Positions 49,655 through 59,725 of a DNA stretch of 64,000 nucleotides are shown one piece after another. Under the pieces are notes generated by a model, which ran no database searches, was not told the origin of the DNA, and saw nothing but the letters and a program-made list of their open reading frames with translations. Location: the IMG/VR virus record IMGVR_UViG_3300020045_008916, positions 10,166 to 74,165 of that record. One strand, written 5' to 3'. The stretch is from a virus (Duplodnaviria > Caudoviricetes). The translations under genes were made by a program, and so were the position numbers. Numbering within the stretch: position 1 is the first letter of the stretch; each line of letters opens with the position of its first letter.

Positions 49655-50740
49655 ATGAGTAAATTTCTTGAAAGTGTTTTGGATAAACAAACCACTCCTC
49701 AAGCTGTAACTCCCGAACCAGTACCAGCAGTTCCCGTAACGCCAGTAGCAGAGACTCCAAGTCCAGACCCGCTGATTATCGAAACTCCTGCTGTTGTTCC
49801 TGAGCCAGCACCAATAGTGCCCATTGTTGAAACACCAACAATCGTGCCAGAAAAGAAAAAAGTTCAGGTAGATGTTAAAGAGTACTTGACTGGAAATAAA
49901 GAAACAGTCTTAAAGCTTTTACAGGAAACGGATTATTCAGCAGTTAGACCAGAAGAGGCGATTAGGATTAAGCTCTTAAAAGAAAATCCAGAATGGGATG
50001 CAGAAGATGTAGCAGCAGAGTTGGAAACGAAATATGGTGTAGGCCTCAAGGTCAAAGAAATTGACACCACAACGATGACCGACGACGAAATTACAGAAGC
50101 TGAAGCACACAATAAGCATTTGGCCTCTTTAAAAAGAAGCTTGAAAAAAGATGGAAATGTAGCCAAGACAGAATTAACTGAAGAGCTTCAAAGCTTAGAG
50201 CTACCCCTTTTTGAACATGAGATTGATGTAGAAGCCCCTGTAGTTCTTGATAAGAGTGCAGCCATAGCAGATTATCTTAAAGAAGGTCAGGATGCGCTAA
50301 AGAAAACAGTAGAAGAAGTTTGGGTGCCAGCATTAAGTGATGCTTTCAAAGGAGTTGAGAAAGTAACTGAAAAAGTTGTTTTCAAAGACGATGAAGGTAC
50401 GGAACAAACATTAGATGTAGATATCACCCTCACCCCAGAAGACAAGGAAAAGATTGTTAGTACACTTGCGTACTATACTGCAACAGAAGAAGACAACAAG
50501 TATATGGATGCAGAAGGCAACGTAGATTATGTTAAATTCTTAACAGACAAATCCCCAGCTGTTCTTCGGGAAAAGATTAATGCGGAAATTGCAAGACAAT
50601 CAGCGGAGAAGGCCGTACAGGACTATATTAGGACTAAAGTTGTAAACTACAGTTCAGGCGTAAGAAACAATGCCACTCACGAACAAACAGAAGGAGACCC
50701 TGCTCGTGGTATCTGGAAATCTAGTAAAAACAGAGCATAA
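49655..50740 (+). CDS. Capsid scaffolding protein
   Basis: Acidic, Pro-rich N-terminus; located between portal and MCP. Confidence 0.7.
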   Translation: MSKFLESVLDKQTTPQAVTPEPVPAVPVTPVAETPSPDPLIIETPAVVPEPAPIVPIVETPTIVPEKKKVQVDVKEYLTGNKETVLKLLQETDYSAVRPEEAIRIKLLKENPEWDAEDVAAELETKYGVGLKVKEIDTTTMTDDEITEAEAHNKHLASLKRSLKKDGNVAKTELTEELQSLELPLFEHEIDVEAPVVLDKSAAIADYLKEGQDALKKTVEEVWVPALSDAFKGVEKVTEKVVFKDDEGTEQTLDVDITLTPEDKEKIVSTLAYYTATEEDNKYMDAEGNVDYVKFLTDKSPAVLREKINAEIARQSAEKAVQDYIRTKVVNYSSGVRNNATHEQTEGDPARGIWKSSKNRA

Positions 50741-50775
50741 TAAAAACAAATATTAGAAAACTAAATAAATAACAA

Positions 50776-52116
50776 ATGCCACAAGTATTTCCAAATGGCT
50801 TTTCAACGCCAATGATTACATTACCAATCTTATCTAACTTGGGATTGATTAACAGCACTAATTACGATGGGTACGTCAAAGATTTTCCTGATTTGGTTAA
50901 GGACTCGTACATCATGGCCGCAGAGGCAGCAGGTAAGTTGAAGTATACCCCTCAAATGAAATTCAGACAATGGATTGATGCAAACAAACCAATGTCGGCT
51001 TTCAAGGTGACAGCAAACGTTTCAGGTTCGGCAGGTGCTACTGTAACTGTAACATTAACAGCAGCTTCTCATGAAGGTACAGGTAACACATTATCTCCTG
51101 TAGCAGTAGGCTTATTGTTCGAGAATGATGCGGATGGTAAAGAGTATGAAGTAGTTGCAGTTAACAAAAACGTAGCAGGTGCTCACACAGCAGATTTATC
51201 TCCAACATCACTAAGCGTTTCTGCTACAATTGTTGCAACAACCGCCTACTTTAAGTGGTTAGGCCGCCCATCAGTTCAAGAAGCATCATTTCAACAAGAC
51301 GGTACTTACGAAACTTGGGAACCAAGAGAGCGTACGTTATCTATTATCCGTACCAACAAAAAATATTCTGATTTAGCTAAATTTGAAAAATTAGAATACA
51401 AAGGCGAGTCTTACTACGGTATCGACAAAACCAACTTGGACAAACAACACATTCAGGCTACTGAGATGCAATTGATGTTCGGTAGAAAACGTGATAACAT
51501 GAAAGCTGTTGGTAACGCCAACACAGAGGCAGAGGGCATGATACCTCAAATCTTACGTTGGGGTACTGACTTAACTGGTCAAACAACCTTAACCGACACT
51601 TTCTTTGAAGATTTAGCACGTTCTAACGATGGTGACGGTTTCACTGACACCTATGACATCTTGGCAGAGACTGACTTCTCAATCGCTTGGCAGAATTACT
51701 TACGTAACGCAGGTTCAAACTTGACAGTTAACGTAGATATTGACAACGGAGAAATCAGAGGTATCTTTGACTTCTCAGATGCTGTGAAAATGTATGGTAT
51801 CACATACAGCGTTAAGAAATATGCTTACTTTAACTCAGCCCGCACACACGGTAATACTGCTGGTGTAGGTTTCTGGTCTGGTGCTGCAATCTTCATACCA
51901 ACTGGTACATTCTACCACTCAGAAGAAGGAGAGTCAATGCCATTCTACAGAGTACGTTATATGTCAGATGATGAAGGTGGAGTAATCAACCGTTTCACAA
52001 CTGACGGTGGTTTAGTAGGTAAAAACACTACAATGAACGTAGAGTTGGCTTTAACCTCTTATAAAGGTTTAGAGATGTACCACTTACCATCATTTAAATT
52101 TGCTAAAATCGGCTAA
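50776..52116 (+). CDS. Major capsid protein
   Basis: 446 aa; strongly biased codon usage; followed by a terminator; EMQLMFG...EGMIPQI. Confidence 0.85.
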   Translation: MPQVFPNGFSTPMITLPILSNLGLINSTNYDGYVKDFPDLVKDSYIMAAEAAGKLKYTPQMKFRQWIDANKPMSAFKVTANVSGSAGATVTVTLTAASHEGTGNTLSPVAVGLLFENDADGKEYEVVAVNKNVAGAHTADLSPTSLSVSATIVATTAYFKWLGRPSVQEASFQQDGTYETWEPRERTLSIIRTNKKYSDLAKFEKLEYKGESYYGIDKTNLDKQHIQATEMQLMFGRKRDNMKAVGNANTEAEGMIPQILRWGTDLTGQTTLTDTFFEDLARSNDGDGFTDTYDILAETDFSIAWQNYLRNAGSNLTVNVDIDNGEIRGIFDFSDAVKMYGITYSVKKYAYFNSARTHGNTAGVGFWSGAAIFIPTGTFYHSEEGESMPFYRVRYMSDDEGGVINRFTTDGGLVGKNTTMNVELALTSYKGLEMYHLPSFKFAKIG

Positions 52117-52131
52117 TAACTGATTTTTAAT

Positions 52132-52161
52132 AGGGGAGAGCCTAAGAAACTTTCCCCTTTC
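52132..52161 (+). terminator. Intrinsic terminator after MCP
   Basis: GGGGAGAG...CTTTCCCC TTTT. Confidence 0.8.
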
Positions 52162-52187
52162 TTATTTTAGAACACAAAAACAACACT

Positions 52188-53021
52188 ATGCCACCAAAAG
52201 GAACTGAAAAACCCCACCCACTATCCAAAGAAGCAAGAGCTGTAAGAGCTCGTGAGAACTTTAAGATTGACCCTAAAAAATCGTACACGTTCAAAATGAC
52301 GAACGGTTCTGAAGGTCTCTCAATTATTCCAAGAACTCAGAGGGTATGGTGCGAGACAGAAGGAAAAATTAGAGATATTAGATATTGTAAGACTGAGGAC
52401 TCACCGTTCGTAGATGAACAGACCGAGGGTGCAAGAGAAGAAAGACTACCCCTTTCTTTTTTCAAGGGAGAACTTACAATAGAAGGTACAGATGCTTCGG
52501 CAATCAAATACCTTATGGCCTCTGACCAGATTGCAGGTAGAAAAAGAATTTTACCTCAAAACGAGTCAGTAAGAGGTCGTTATTACCTTATAGATACAGA
52601 AGCAGATATTGAAGCGGCTCTTGAAGATGAAGAGGCAACAAACGAAGCTAAAGAAATTATCAAAGCAGCTAAGGAAGAAGATTTGGAAGCTTTTATCAGA
52701 AGCCAATTCCATCCGAGCAGCGAAAAGATTGCAGATGCAAAATCTTTAAGATTGTATGCCTACTCGCAAGCAAAAGGCCACTCTGCCAAGTTTATCAAAG
52801 ATTTTAACAACCCCCTTCACCAATTGAAGGCTAAAGTTCAAAAAATGTTTGAAGCAGGACTTTTAGATGATACGAGTGGTGTTGTATCCTACAAAGATAC
52901 AAAAGGACAAATCCTAGTATATTCTGAGGGTAGAGCTGATGAGGCTTTAGCAAAATGGATTTTAGAGGGAAGTAAAGAAGCTTTGACCTTTAAAGAAGTT
53001 TTAGAAGAAAAGACCAAATAA
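52188..53021 (+). CDS. Conserved crAss-like post-capsid protein
   Basis: Position after MCP; IRYCKTEDSPFVDEQ. Confidence 0.55.
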   Translation: MPPKGTEKPHPLSKEARAVRARENFKIDPKKSYTFKMTNGSEGLSIIPRTQRVWCETEGKIRDIRYCKTEDSPFVDEQTEGAREERLPLSFFKGELTIEGTDASAIKYLMASDQIAGRKRILPQNESVRGRYYLIDTEADIEAALEDEEATNEAKEIIKAAKEEDLEAFIRSQFHPSSEKIADAKSLRLYAYSQAKGHSAKFIKDFNNPLHQLKAKVQKMFEAGLLDDTSGVVSYKDTKGQILVYSEGRADEALAKWILEGSKEALTFKEVLEEKTK

Positions 53022-53038
53022 AATTGGGAGTTAAACTG

Positions 53039-53072
53039 AGCCACCTTTCTGTCACGGAATAGGTGGTTTTTT
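53039..53072 (+). terminator. Intrinsic terminator
   Basis: AGCCACCT...AGGTGGTT TTTT. Confidence 0.75.
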
Positions 53073-53079
53073 AGTTTTA

Positions 53080-53119
53080 TACCCTTATCAAATAGTATGC
53101 CAGAAATTTAGTACTTTTG
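53080..53119 (+). promoter_or_regulatory. Late-class promoter (tail rings)
   Basis: TACCCTTA ... TACTTTTG (53112), 32-bp spacing. Confidence 0.65.
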
Positions 53120-53143
53120 TAATGTTAATTTAAAAACCCAAAG

Positions 53144-55148
53144 ATGATAAATATTTATGAAAATTACAAATACGTAAATGACCTCATCTCTAAAAACAAT
53201 GGAAGCTACATGTCTCCCGAGGAGTATTCTCGCTATGCGGAAATAGCTTCAGATGGAGAGTTCTCAACCTTAGCGGGAGAAAAGAACCAGAATACTGCTG
53301 CTTATGGAAGAAGCCGAACCTTGGATAAACGTCTGAGAGTTTTTAGAAAAAGAGAGCCACTTAGTTTTGTAAACAGTATAGCACAAATTCCAACAGACTG
53401 TAGAATGGTAAGAGCCATTTCGACGGTAGATGGTAAGGTGGTGCGACCTCTTGATGAAGATAGAGAAGCACCTGTACTTAAAGACCCACTAGCTAAACCA
53501 GATATCAACGATATTTACTATGTTGAGGATGAAATAGAGTATAGACTGTTGGGAACCATTAGGAATTTGGACTGTTTTATAGAGTACCTTAAACAGCCAG
53601 CCAAGCCAGTGTTTGGTTATACAACCATAAACAACGGAAGAACCATAGTATATGACCCAACCACCTCTACGGATTTTGAATGGGAAGAAAGAATGGAAGA
53701 AGCAATCACGAGCAGAATACTAGCTCAGATAGGCCTATCTATGAACAACGGCACTGTGATACAGGTAGCCAATAACTCTATGGCAAAAGAATAAGACGAT
53801 GACAACAGAAGAAATTATATACGCTCTTTGGAGAAAACTTGAGGGAGGCTTTATCCCAGATGACTCAAAATACACTTATAGGGAACTAAGACTCTATGCA
53901 AGAGGTGCCATAGCCGAAACTTTAAGGCAGGATTACTTTAACCAGCTCAATGCTGACGAATATAGATATGCAGGTGATAGTATTGCTGTAAAGTATAAAC
54001 TTACGGTAAGCACAGACGTAGACTCTGGGTTGAAGATGATTACACTGCCCCAAACACAGGTTAATGTACCAGCTGGGTTGAGGAACGTAAACATAACAAG
54101 TTTAAATCCAGTAAGTCTCCTCTCAACTACCTTCATTCCAGTGAGAGTCGAAGAAGTGTTTGTGGGTGAACTTCAAGACCCAATTCCCTGCGTAGTCCTG
54201 TATTATCAAGAGGGAGACCAGATAACCTTCTATAACGGAGATTTTGACGATGCACAGGTAAGGGTATCTCAAAAATATTCTCTTCCAAGTTCAGATACAG
54301 CAGATATTGGTGTTAGTGAAGAGACATTACCAAGTATTTTAACAATTGCTCAAAGACTCTTACAGACAGGGATGCTTCCCAGTGATAAGGTCAATGACGG
54401 AGCACCAACTAATTCATAATAAGAAATGGCTAGTATAAAATTAAAAAAAATCATAGGCTACTTCTTGGACGAGATAAATGGAGGAAAAGTAGAGTATGCA
54501 AGAGCTTACAGAATAGCTGTTCTGGGAAATAAGAACCTAAAGTGGGATATTACTGGAAAAATAGCTCAGGTTTGTATTCCCGTAGAGGACGATAGGACAG
54601 CACAGATACCAGATTGGCTTGGAAAGATTACAAAAGTAGGAAAGATGAACCATGTTACTGGAAAGATTGTAGGTTTAACCCAGAACAACAGCTTAGCTTT
54701 CGACACACATTGTGATACGGAAGATGATGAGGACAATTTTCCAAGAGAGAACGTTCTTGACAATGGAGAATACTACATGAACTCTTTCCCACCACATTCG
54801 CTCGGAAAGGGAGGCTACAGGAATATTGGAGAATATAGGATAAGTGAAGAGCAGGGGCTCATAGTTCTCTCTCCCGATTGCGATTTTTCAGAGATAGTTG
54901 TAGAGGGTATCGATACTCGTGATAATGAAGGAGACGTATGCGTAAATGAGCTACTTTCTGAAGCTATCCTTGCATTTGTACGGTGGAGATGGCATCTCTC
55001 GAAAAAAGGGGTACCCTTTCAAGATAAAAAAGAATATAGAAATCTCTGGAAAGTTGAAAAGTCAAACGCCAAGTTCAGGATTAAAAAACCAAAACTACAG
55101 GACATGAACAGGATTGCAAGACAGAGCGATAAATTTTTAAAATCATAG
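53144..55148 (+). CDS. Three tail ring/adaptor proteins (53144-53794, 53799-54419, 54426-55148)
   Basis: Size and synteny match crAss-like tail barrel rings. Confidence 0.65.
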
Positions 55149-55150
55149 AT

Positions 55151-58100
55151 ATGGAAGAAACCAAAATATTGAACGGTAGCATGAACTTAGACGATAGCCC
55201 CGAGAGTTTGGGTGCTAACGAATATTTCAAGGCATATAACTACCGCTCTTCGGGTACGAATGCCCAAGAGGCTAATAGAGGCTCCAATCTTGAAAGCACG
55301 AGGACTATAACACCAAACGGACAGCGGCCTTCTGGTTTCAGTACAAGCGTTGGAGTTGGAAAGTTCAATAACGTTAAAAAAGCCTATACCGTTTATTACA
55401 ACACCGATGGAAAGCACCAGATAACAGAGTTTGACTATGATACGCTAGTGGAGACTGTTATATTTGAAGACCTTACAGACACTGCTGGGGATAGTGTGTT
55501 TAACATCACTGCCAAAACCTTCTTCAATGATATAAAGCTTTTACATAAAAAGTATCTCCTGATGACCGATGGTGAAAGTGGGATGATTTACTCAATAAAT
55601 ATTGAGAGGTTAAAAGCTGGGGGATATGGTGTAATAACTAAAGAAGCCTTCAATCTTTTGAAAGGACAACCTTTAAAACCAATCAAGGCCGTGTATACCA
55701 ACGACAGTTTTAAGAAAGCCAATCTACTAAAAGGAAAACTTTTCCAGTTCAGACCCCGCTATGGCTATGCAGATTATGCTAAATCCTTGTGGGGGACTAT
55801 TTCACAACGTCCCGTTCCAGAACTAGAGATGACCGATACCGTAGGAGATAATCCCAGCAAGAATAACGGAATTGTACTGAAGGTAAACATGGGGAATGCT
55901 CTTGTAGAAGAGGTGGATGTTGCTGTTAGGGAGGGGCTTTTAAATTGGAGATTGATAAAAACAATAACCCGAGCATATGTGCTAACTCTTGCAGACCAAG
56001 AAATAGATATTGATAATGAAATAGTAGAAGCCTATAACCCAACCACAAACGAATATACATTTATCTTCTACAACGAAGGTTCTGGTGAAGCTATAGATGT
56101 TCTGGAAACAGATGAACCTTACGATGCCGTACCAAAAAATGCGGGAACACTTGAAATCGTGAATGGGGATATCATTGCGCTAGGAGATATTGAAGAGGGG
56201 TATGAAAGACCAATAGTAGACTTGAAAGTGTCTGTGTCCACCTATTTGCCAGATGTGGCTACAAGCGTTTCTGTACCAAGAACTTTTACTTCGGAAAGTA
56301 ATCAAATTAGGGTAGGGGGTTCTCACAGTAGGGCTGTAGGTATTTCTTTCATAGGCACCCCAAAGGCAGGGGACAGAATAATAATCAGTTTGGGAAATAT
56401 AGATAATACTGCCATAACAGCCCAAGTAGATTATACATTGGTAGCTTCAGATGACGAAGACATGAATAATTTTATCGAGCACCTTTTCAATATCGTGCCG
56501 AGCAGATATCCTAGTTTTGGTGTGTCCATACCAAAATCCAGAAGAGTCGATGATGCCACGCACGGTTCTATCCTATTCATAACCGAAAGTAGGATTGAAT
56601 TGAAAAACGTTCAAATACTTCTCAACCAATTGGGCACTGTAGAGGGGAAAACACTTAACACGGTAAAATCAAATACAAGTTATCAGTTGGGAGTGGAATA
56701 TTTTGACAAATATGGCACCTATATGCCAATTGTTTCGGGAAGCAAACAATCAATAACAACACCATCGTATGCAGTATCACAAGGACTTATACCACAAATA
56801 GGTTGGAACTTATCTGGAACACCACCAGCAGATGCTGCAAGCTATCAGATAATTATATCAGAAAACAGCAAGTACCTGAAAAATCTGTATATTACAGGAG
56901 CATACGATGCTGAAGAGAGCAAAGATGATTTTATAGCAATCAATATGGCATCTCTGGCCAAGTATGCCACTGCAAAAGAGGGAGCTGTAGTTCAATGGGA
57001 CTTCGCAACGGGAGACAGGGTTTCACTCATACACACCTTTGTAGGGAATACTACACCAGTAAAGTGGTTCAATAGTCCACCATTGGATTTTGCTATTCAG
57101 GATATCGAAATAAAGACCGTAACAGCAGGAAGCGTTACTACCACAAAATACCTTCTAAAAATAAAAAAATCAGTTCTATTGCCCACAACAGACATTACGG
57201 GCAAAGAGATACTAATGGAGCTGTACACTCTTAAACAGTCAGACACAGATTTAGAGAGTAAGATTTTCTTTGAAATAGGAGAGCAATTTGATGTAATCAA
57301 CGGACAGCACAGTGTAACCAGTGGAACAGTTAAAAAAGCAGACAGTTATGTGAGGCCAAGAAAGTTTGTATCAAACCTAAATCCAAATACAATATATGCC
57401 CTAACTGTTGAAGACTTTAATTTTAGTGACGGATGGCAAAGCAGGTTTTGGAGTGCTGGTAGGGGGAGAACCTATAAGGACGAGGTGGGATATGTAAGAC
57501 GTTCTGCTTCCATAAGATACTCGGACACATTTGCTTTGGGAACTCAGGTTAACAATAGTAACAGGTTTTATTCAAGCAGCATCTATGGTGAAAGCCCTGA
57601 CGAAACCTCATCTGTTCATGGAGCTATAACTAAGCTGGTAATGAGAAATACATACCTAATTGCACTGCAAGAGCTACAGATAGGGCATATCCCCGTTTTC
57701 AGGGCAACCATTGAAACAGCAGATAGTCAGCAAAGTATAACCATCAGCAATAAGCTGTTCAATAAGGTTACGTACGTATCCAGTTTTGGTACTGGGGGGG
57801 CTAAAAAGGCCATAACAATTTCCGATAAAAATGTGGTATATTTTGTGGATATCAATAAAGGATATCCCTGTAGGGATGGCTATGATGGGGTAAAGGATAT
57901 ACCTAACAAACTTGTAAAACATTTTAGTGAAAAGATAAAAGGATTAAACGCAGACAGCCTCATCAGCTACTACGACGATTTCTATCAAGAGTGGAACTTA
58001 ACATTTCCAGACCTAAGTTCTGGCCTGAAGACTTTTACTTTCGATACTTCAACATACGAGTACAAAGATGCCTTTACCAACACTATAGACACAGTAACCA

Positions 58101-58786
58101 TTGTGCAGCCTGAACACGGAACAGTTACAGTAGTAGAAGGTGATTTACAGTACCTTCCAGATACCGACTACGTAGGAGAGGATAGCTTTAGCATTGTATT
58201 TACCGCTGGCGGTCAGACCATAACAAAAATAAAATGTGGGGAGGTAATAGCAGGTAATGACGTTGTAGATGATTATTCGTTTAATGACGCTTTAGGGCAA
58301 AATCTTAATGAGGAGGTTATCAGTAATCAGGTGATTGCTGGTGGAATTACAATTCCTATAGTGGCAACCATCGACTCAGAACCCGTAGGTGGGGAGGCAG
58401 GAACAGTATTACCTTCAAACATAGGAATGAGGAGAAACGGAGGAACTTGGACAACAGCTCCACTAACGGTACAACCTAACGATATAGTAGAAGTTAAGCA
58501 GACCACACCAAACAGTTATGGAACTTCAGCTGCAATACGACTCTATATGGGGAGTAAAAGTGCAAAATTTACAGTCAAGACAAAATATGGAAATGCTGGG
58601 TTTACTAGTTCGTTTCAACGTCAGTGTGATGACGGTGCAACAGGTAGTATGGTAGAGTTTGAAGCTAGCCCCAACACCTATTTTGGAGAGACACAAGAAC
58701 TGGCAGATTTAGCAGCACAAGAAGCAGGACAGGCATTTGCAAACGACCCAGACAACGGAGGAACATGTACGACAACAGAAGTTTAA
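55151..58786 (+). CDS. Tail muzzle/stabilisation protein (N-terminal part) with appended Ig-like and DUF5977-like domains
   Basis: MNLDD..Y..A.N start; GTLEIVNG.IIALGDIEEGY; C-terminal QPEHGTV..YVGEDSF and FQRQC..G.GS.V..A..YFG..QELAD. Confidence 0.75.
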   Translation: MEETKILNGSMNLDDSPESLGANEYFKAYNYRSSGTNAQEANRGSNLESTRTITPNGQRPSGFSTSVGVGKFNNVKKAYTVYYNTDGKHQITEFDYDTLVETVIFEDLTDTAGDSVFNITAKTFFNDIKLLHKKYLLMTDGESGMIYSINIERLKAGGYGVITKEAFNLLKGQPLKPIKAVYTNDSFKKANLLKGKLFQFRPRYGYADYAKSLWGTISQRPVPELEMTDTVGDNPSKNNGIVLKVNMGNALVEEVDVAVREGLLNWRLIKTITRAYVLTLADQEIDIDNEIVEAYNPTTNEYTFIFYNEGSGEAIDVLETDEPYDAVPKNAGTLEIVNGDIIALGDIEEGYERPIVDLKVSVSTYLPDVATSVSVPRTFTSESNQIRVGGSHSRAVGISFIGTPKAGDRIIISLGNIDNTAITAQVDYTLVASDDEDMNNFIEHLFNIVPSRYPSFGVSIPKSRRVDDATHGSILFITESRIELKNVQILLNQLGTVEGKTLNTVKSNTSYQLGVEYFDKYGTYMPIVSGSKQSITTPSYAVSQGLIPQIGWNLSGTPPADAASYQIIISENSKYLKNLYITGAYDAEESKDDFIAINMASLAKYATAKEGAVVQWDFATGDRVSLIHTFVGNTTPVKWFNSPPLDFAIQDIEIKTVTAGSVTTTKYLLKIKKSVLLPTTDITGKEILMELYTLKQSDTDLESKIFFEIGEQFDVINGQHSVTSGTVKKADSYVRPRKFVSNLNPNTIYALTVEDFNFSDGWQSRFWSAGRGRTYKDEVGYVRRSASIRYSDTFALGTQVNNSNRFYSSSIYGESPDETSSVHGAITKLVMRNTYLIALQELQIGHIPVFRATIETADSQQSITISNKLFNKVTYVSSFGTGGAKKAITISDKNVVYFVDINKGYPCRDGYDGVKDIPNKLVKHFSEKIKGLNADSLISYYDDFYQEWNLTFPDLSSGLKTFTFDTSTYEYKDAFTNTIDTVTIVQPEHGTVTVVEGDLQYLPDTDYVGEDSFSIVFTAGGQTITKIKCGEVIAGNDVVDDYSFNDALGQNLNEEVISNQVIAGGITIPIVATIDSEPVGGEAGTVLPSNIGMRRNGGTWTTAPLTVQPNDIVEVKQTTPNSYGTSAAIRLYMGSKSAKFTVKTKYGNAGFTSSFQRQCDDGATGSMVEFEASPNTYFGETQELADLAAQEAGQAFANDPDNGGTCTTTEV

Positions 58787-58790
58787 AAAG

Positions 58791-59657
58791 ATGAAATTCA
58801 CAACAATACAGAACAGACCTGTAGTTATTAGCTACAACGAGTTGTTAAACGATAGAGGATGGGTTTTGGCAGGTAATACTGCCACCCACCTATCTTGTAA
58901 CTCAAATACAAAATTAAAACTGATAGGCCAACCATTAGAAGTTGGAGAAGAATATAGTATTGTTTTTACAATAGTCTCTATCTCAGGAACCTTAGGAGTG
59001 GGGTTTGATACAGCCACAACAATTTATACCACAACAGGACTTAAAACCTTAGTAATGACTCCGACAAGTGTTACCCAAAAAATAACACTATGGGGTACAG
59101 GAGATATTGTTATATCCAAAATCAGTGTCAAGAAAGCAGCGGAGGTTGCCACATCTAAGGATGAACATACGATTGCTTGGGGGGAAGATAGAAATGGGTG
59201 GATAACGTTCAAGGCATACAGACCAGAAATGGGATTTAGCATGTTCAATGATTTGTTCACTTACAAGAACGGCATCCTACAAATGCACGACCAGCAGTCT
59301 GCCAGCTATAACGTATTTTATGGTGACAGCTTCGACACATTTATCGAATTTCCAATGTCATCCCCAAAAATAAAGACATACAAAAGTATAGCTATACACA
59401 GCAACAGGATTGTAGGAACTTCTGAAGATGGGGTCAAGACCTCGTTAGGTCACGTTTCAGATTTGATGGAGATAGACTTCACAGAAAAAGAAGGAGTCTT
59501 CTACGCAAACTTTCTCAGGAACAAGTTGGAAAATATCTTGACAGGTTCTCGCCTAAAGGGGCGATATATCGTTATTGAACTTCAAGCCAAAGGACAGGAA
59601 AAATTGCAGATATTCAAGATTGTGGCAAAGAGCGACATTTCAACGGTGAATGAATAA
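58791..59657 (+). CDS. CBM-like domain plus the C-terminal part of the muzzle protein
   Basis: TIAWGEDRNGWITF..YRPE..FTYKNG..NVFYG..RLKGRY resumes the muzzle sequence; the frame is open from 58737. Confidence 0.65.
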   Translation: MKFTTIQNRPVVISYNELLNDRGWVLAGNTATHLSCNSNTKLKLIGQPLEVGEEYSIVFTIVSISGTLGVGFDTATTIYTTTGLKTLVMTPTSVTQKITLWGTGDIVISKISVKKAAEVATSKDEHTIAWGEDRNGWITFKAYRPEMGFSMFNDLFTYKNGILQMHDQQSASYNVFYGDSFDTFIEFPMSSPKIKTYKSIAIHSNRIVGTSEDGVKTSLGHVSDLMEIDFTEKEGVFYANFLRNKLENILTGSRLKGRYIVIELQAKGQEKLQIFKIVAKSDISTVNE

Positions 59658-59661
59658 CAGC

Positions 59662-59701
59662 CACCCCTGACGAATAATATGAAAAAAATAACCTATTTTT
59701 G
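59662..59701 (+). promoter_or_regulatory. Late-class promoter (ejection proteins)
   Basis: CACCCCTG ... TATTTTTG (59694), 32-bp spacing. Confidence 0.75.
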
Positions 59702-59725
59702 TAAAACAATTAATTTAAAAATAAT

